Part shown: one piece after another, positions 63,357 to 64,000 of the stretch
Layout: each line of letters opens with the position of its first letter
Position numbering within the stretch: the stretch's first letter is position 1
DNA from: Macrostomum lignano
Taxonomy: Eukaryota
Reading direction: 5' to 3'
DNA length: 64,000 nt
NCBI GenBank assembly: GCA_002269645.1
Contig: NIVC01000162.1
Location: forward strand, 248,001 to 312,000
The notes under the pieces: generated by a model
What the model was told of the DNA's origin: nothing
Databases searched by the model: none
What the model saw: the letters and a program-made list of their open reading frames with translations, nothing else
Position numbers and translations under genes: made by a program

Positions 63357-63376
63357 CTAGCAGAAGGGGGTACGAC

Positions 63377-63546
63377 TAGGGGTGTTCAGGGTTCGGGGTC
63401 GGGTCGGGTTTCGGGTCGGGTTTTGGTACCGGGTTCGGGGTTCGGGGTAGGTGTTCCGGGTCGGGTTCGGGGTTCGGGGTAGGGGTACCGGGTTCGGGGT
63501 TCGGGTCGGGTTTGGCCACCGGGTTTTCGGGGTTTTCGGGGTTTTG
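63377..63546. repeat. GGGTTCGG/GGGTCGG-rich repeat, possibly subterminal repeats of a hAT-type element
   Basis: Starts TAGGGGTGTTCA and ends TGAACA (only a 6-bp inverted match). Confidence 0.55.
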
Positions 63547-64000
63547 AACAATTATCATTCTCAAGAGTATTTTCAAGCACTTTTTACTCCTTATGCAAAA
63601 TCCACAATGCGAAAGATATGCATTGAGTTTCAGGTACAACTTAAGTTATATTTTACATACAATTTGAAACGGAAATAGCAGATAGAACCATGGATTCATT
63701 TACACTTTCTGGTAAATAACGATTGTCGTTTTTCGACCCATTCAGTCTTGCAGTTGATGATTTAAAAAATTACGTTCAGTAATAATTTTACATGTGCTAC
63801 GTGTAACATGGTCTGAACTTCTGGATTGGATGAGGAAGCTTAAAATTTATAAATACACTAATATTCTCCACGCATCAGTCGCCAATAATCAATTATCACA
63901 ATGATTACCTACTCATATCAGCATACAATTTTATGTAAAGACGTCACTTTAGTTTTTACAAAGCAATTCTGTTATACCACTACTGACTTACTGTTAACTG

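Overview
Eukaryotic (animal) genomic DNA: GC-rich exons with GT-AG introns, set among about 35 distinct minisatellite arrays. The array-filled introns and a ZFP-1-like zinc finger suggest a flatworm such as Macrostomum; this is inference, not a database result. Seven multi-exon or clearly coding loci were reconstructed by hand: an AKAP1/spoonbill-like KH-Tudor gene (-), PNPO (-), an ER PDI-family protein with degenerate active sites (+), a 3xC2H2 zinc-finger gene (-), an AGC-derived pseudokinase (-), an NHL-repeat gene (-) and CYB5R4 (-). There are also a few orphan exon candidates, two copies of a tRNA-derived SINE with complementary deletions, a hAT-type MITE and smaller inverted-repeat elements. 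Almost all long ORFs in the supplied track are repeat-derived and spurious. Three genes show a -1 frameshift that one extra base in a G/C homopolymer would fix, which is most likely consensus error. No CRISPR array, rRNA or intact tRNA was found, and I cannot claim a wholly new system. The best leads are the pseudokinase, the atypical PDI, the SINE pair and the intron-filling array architecture.
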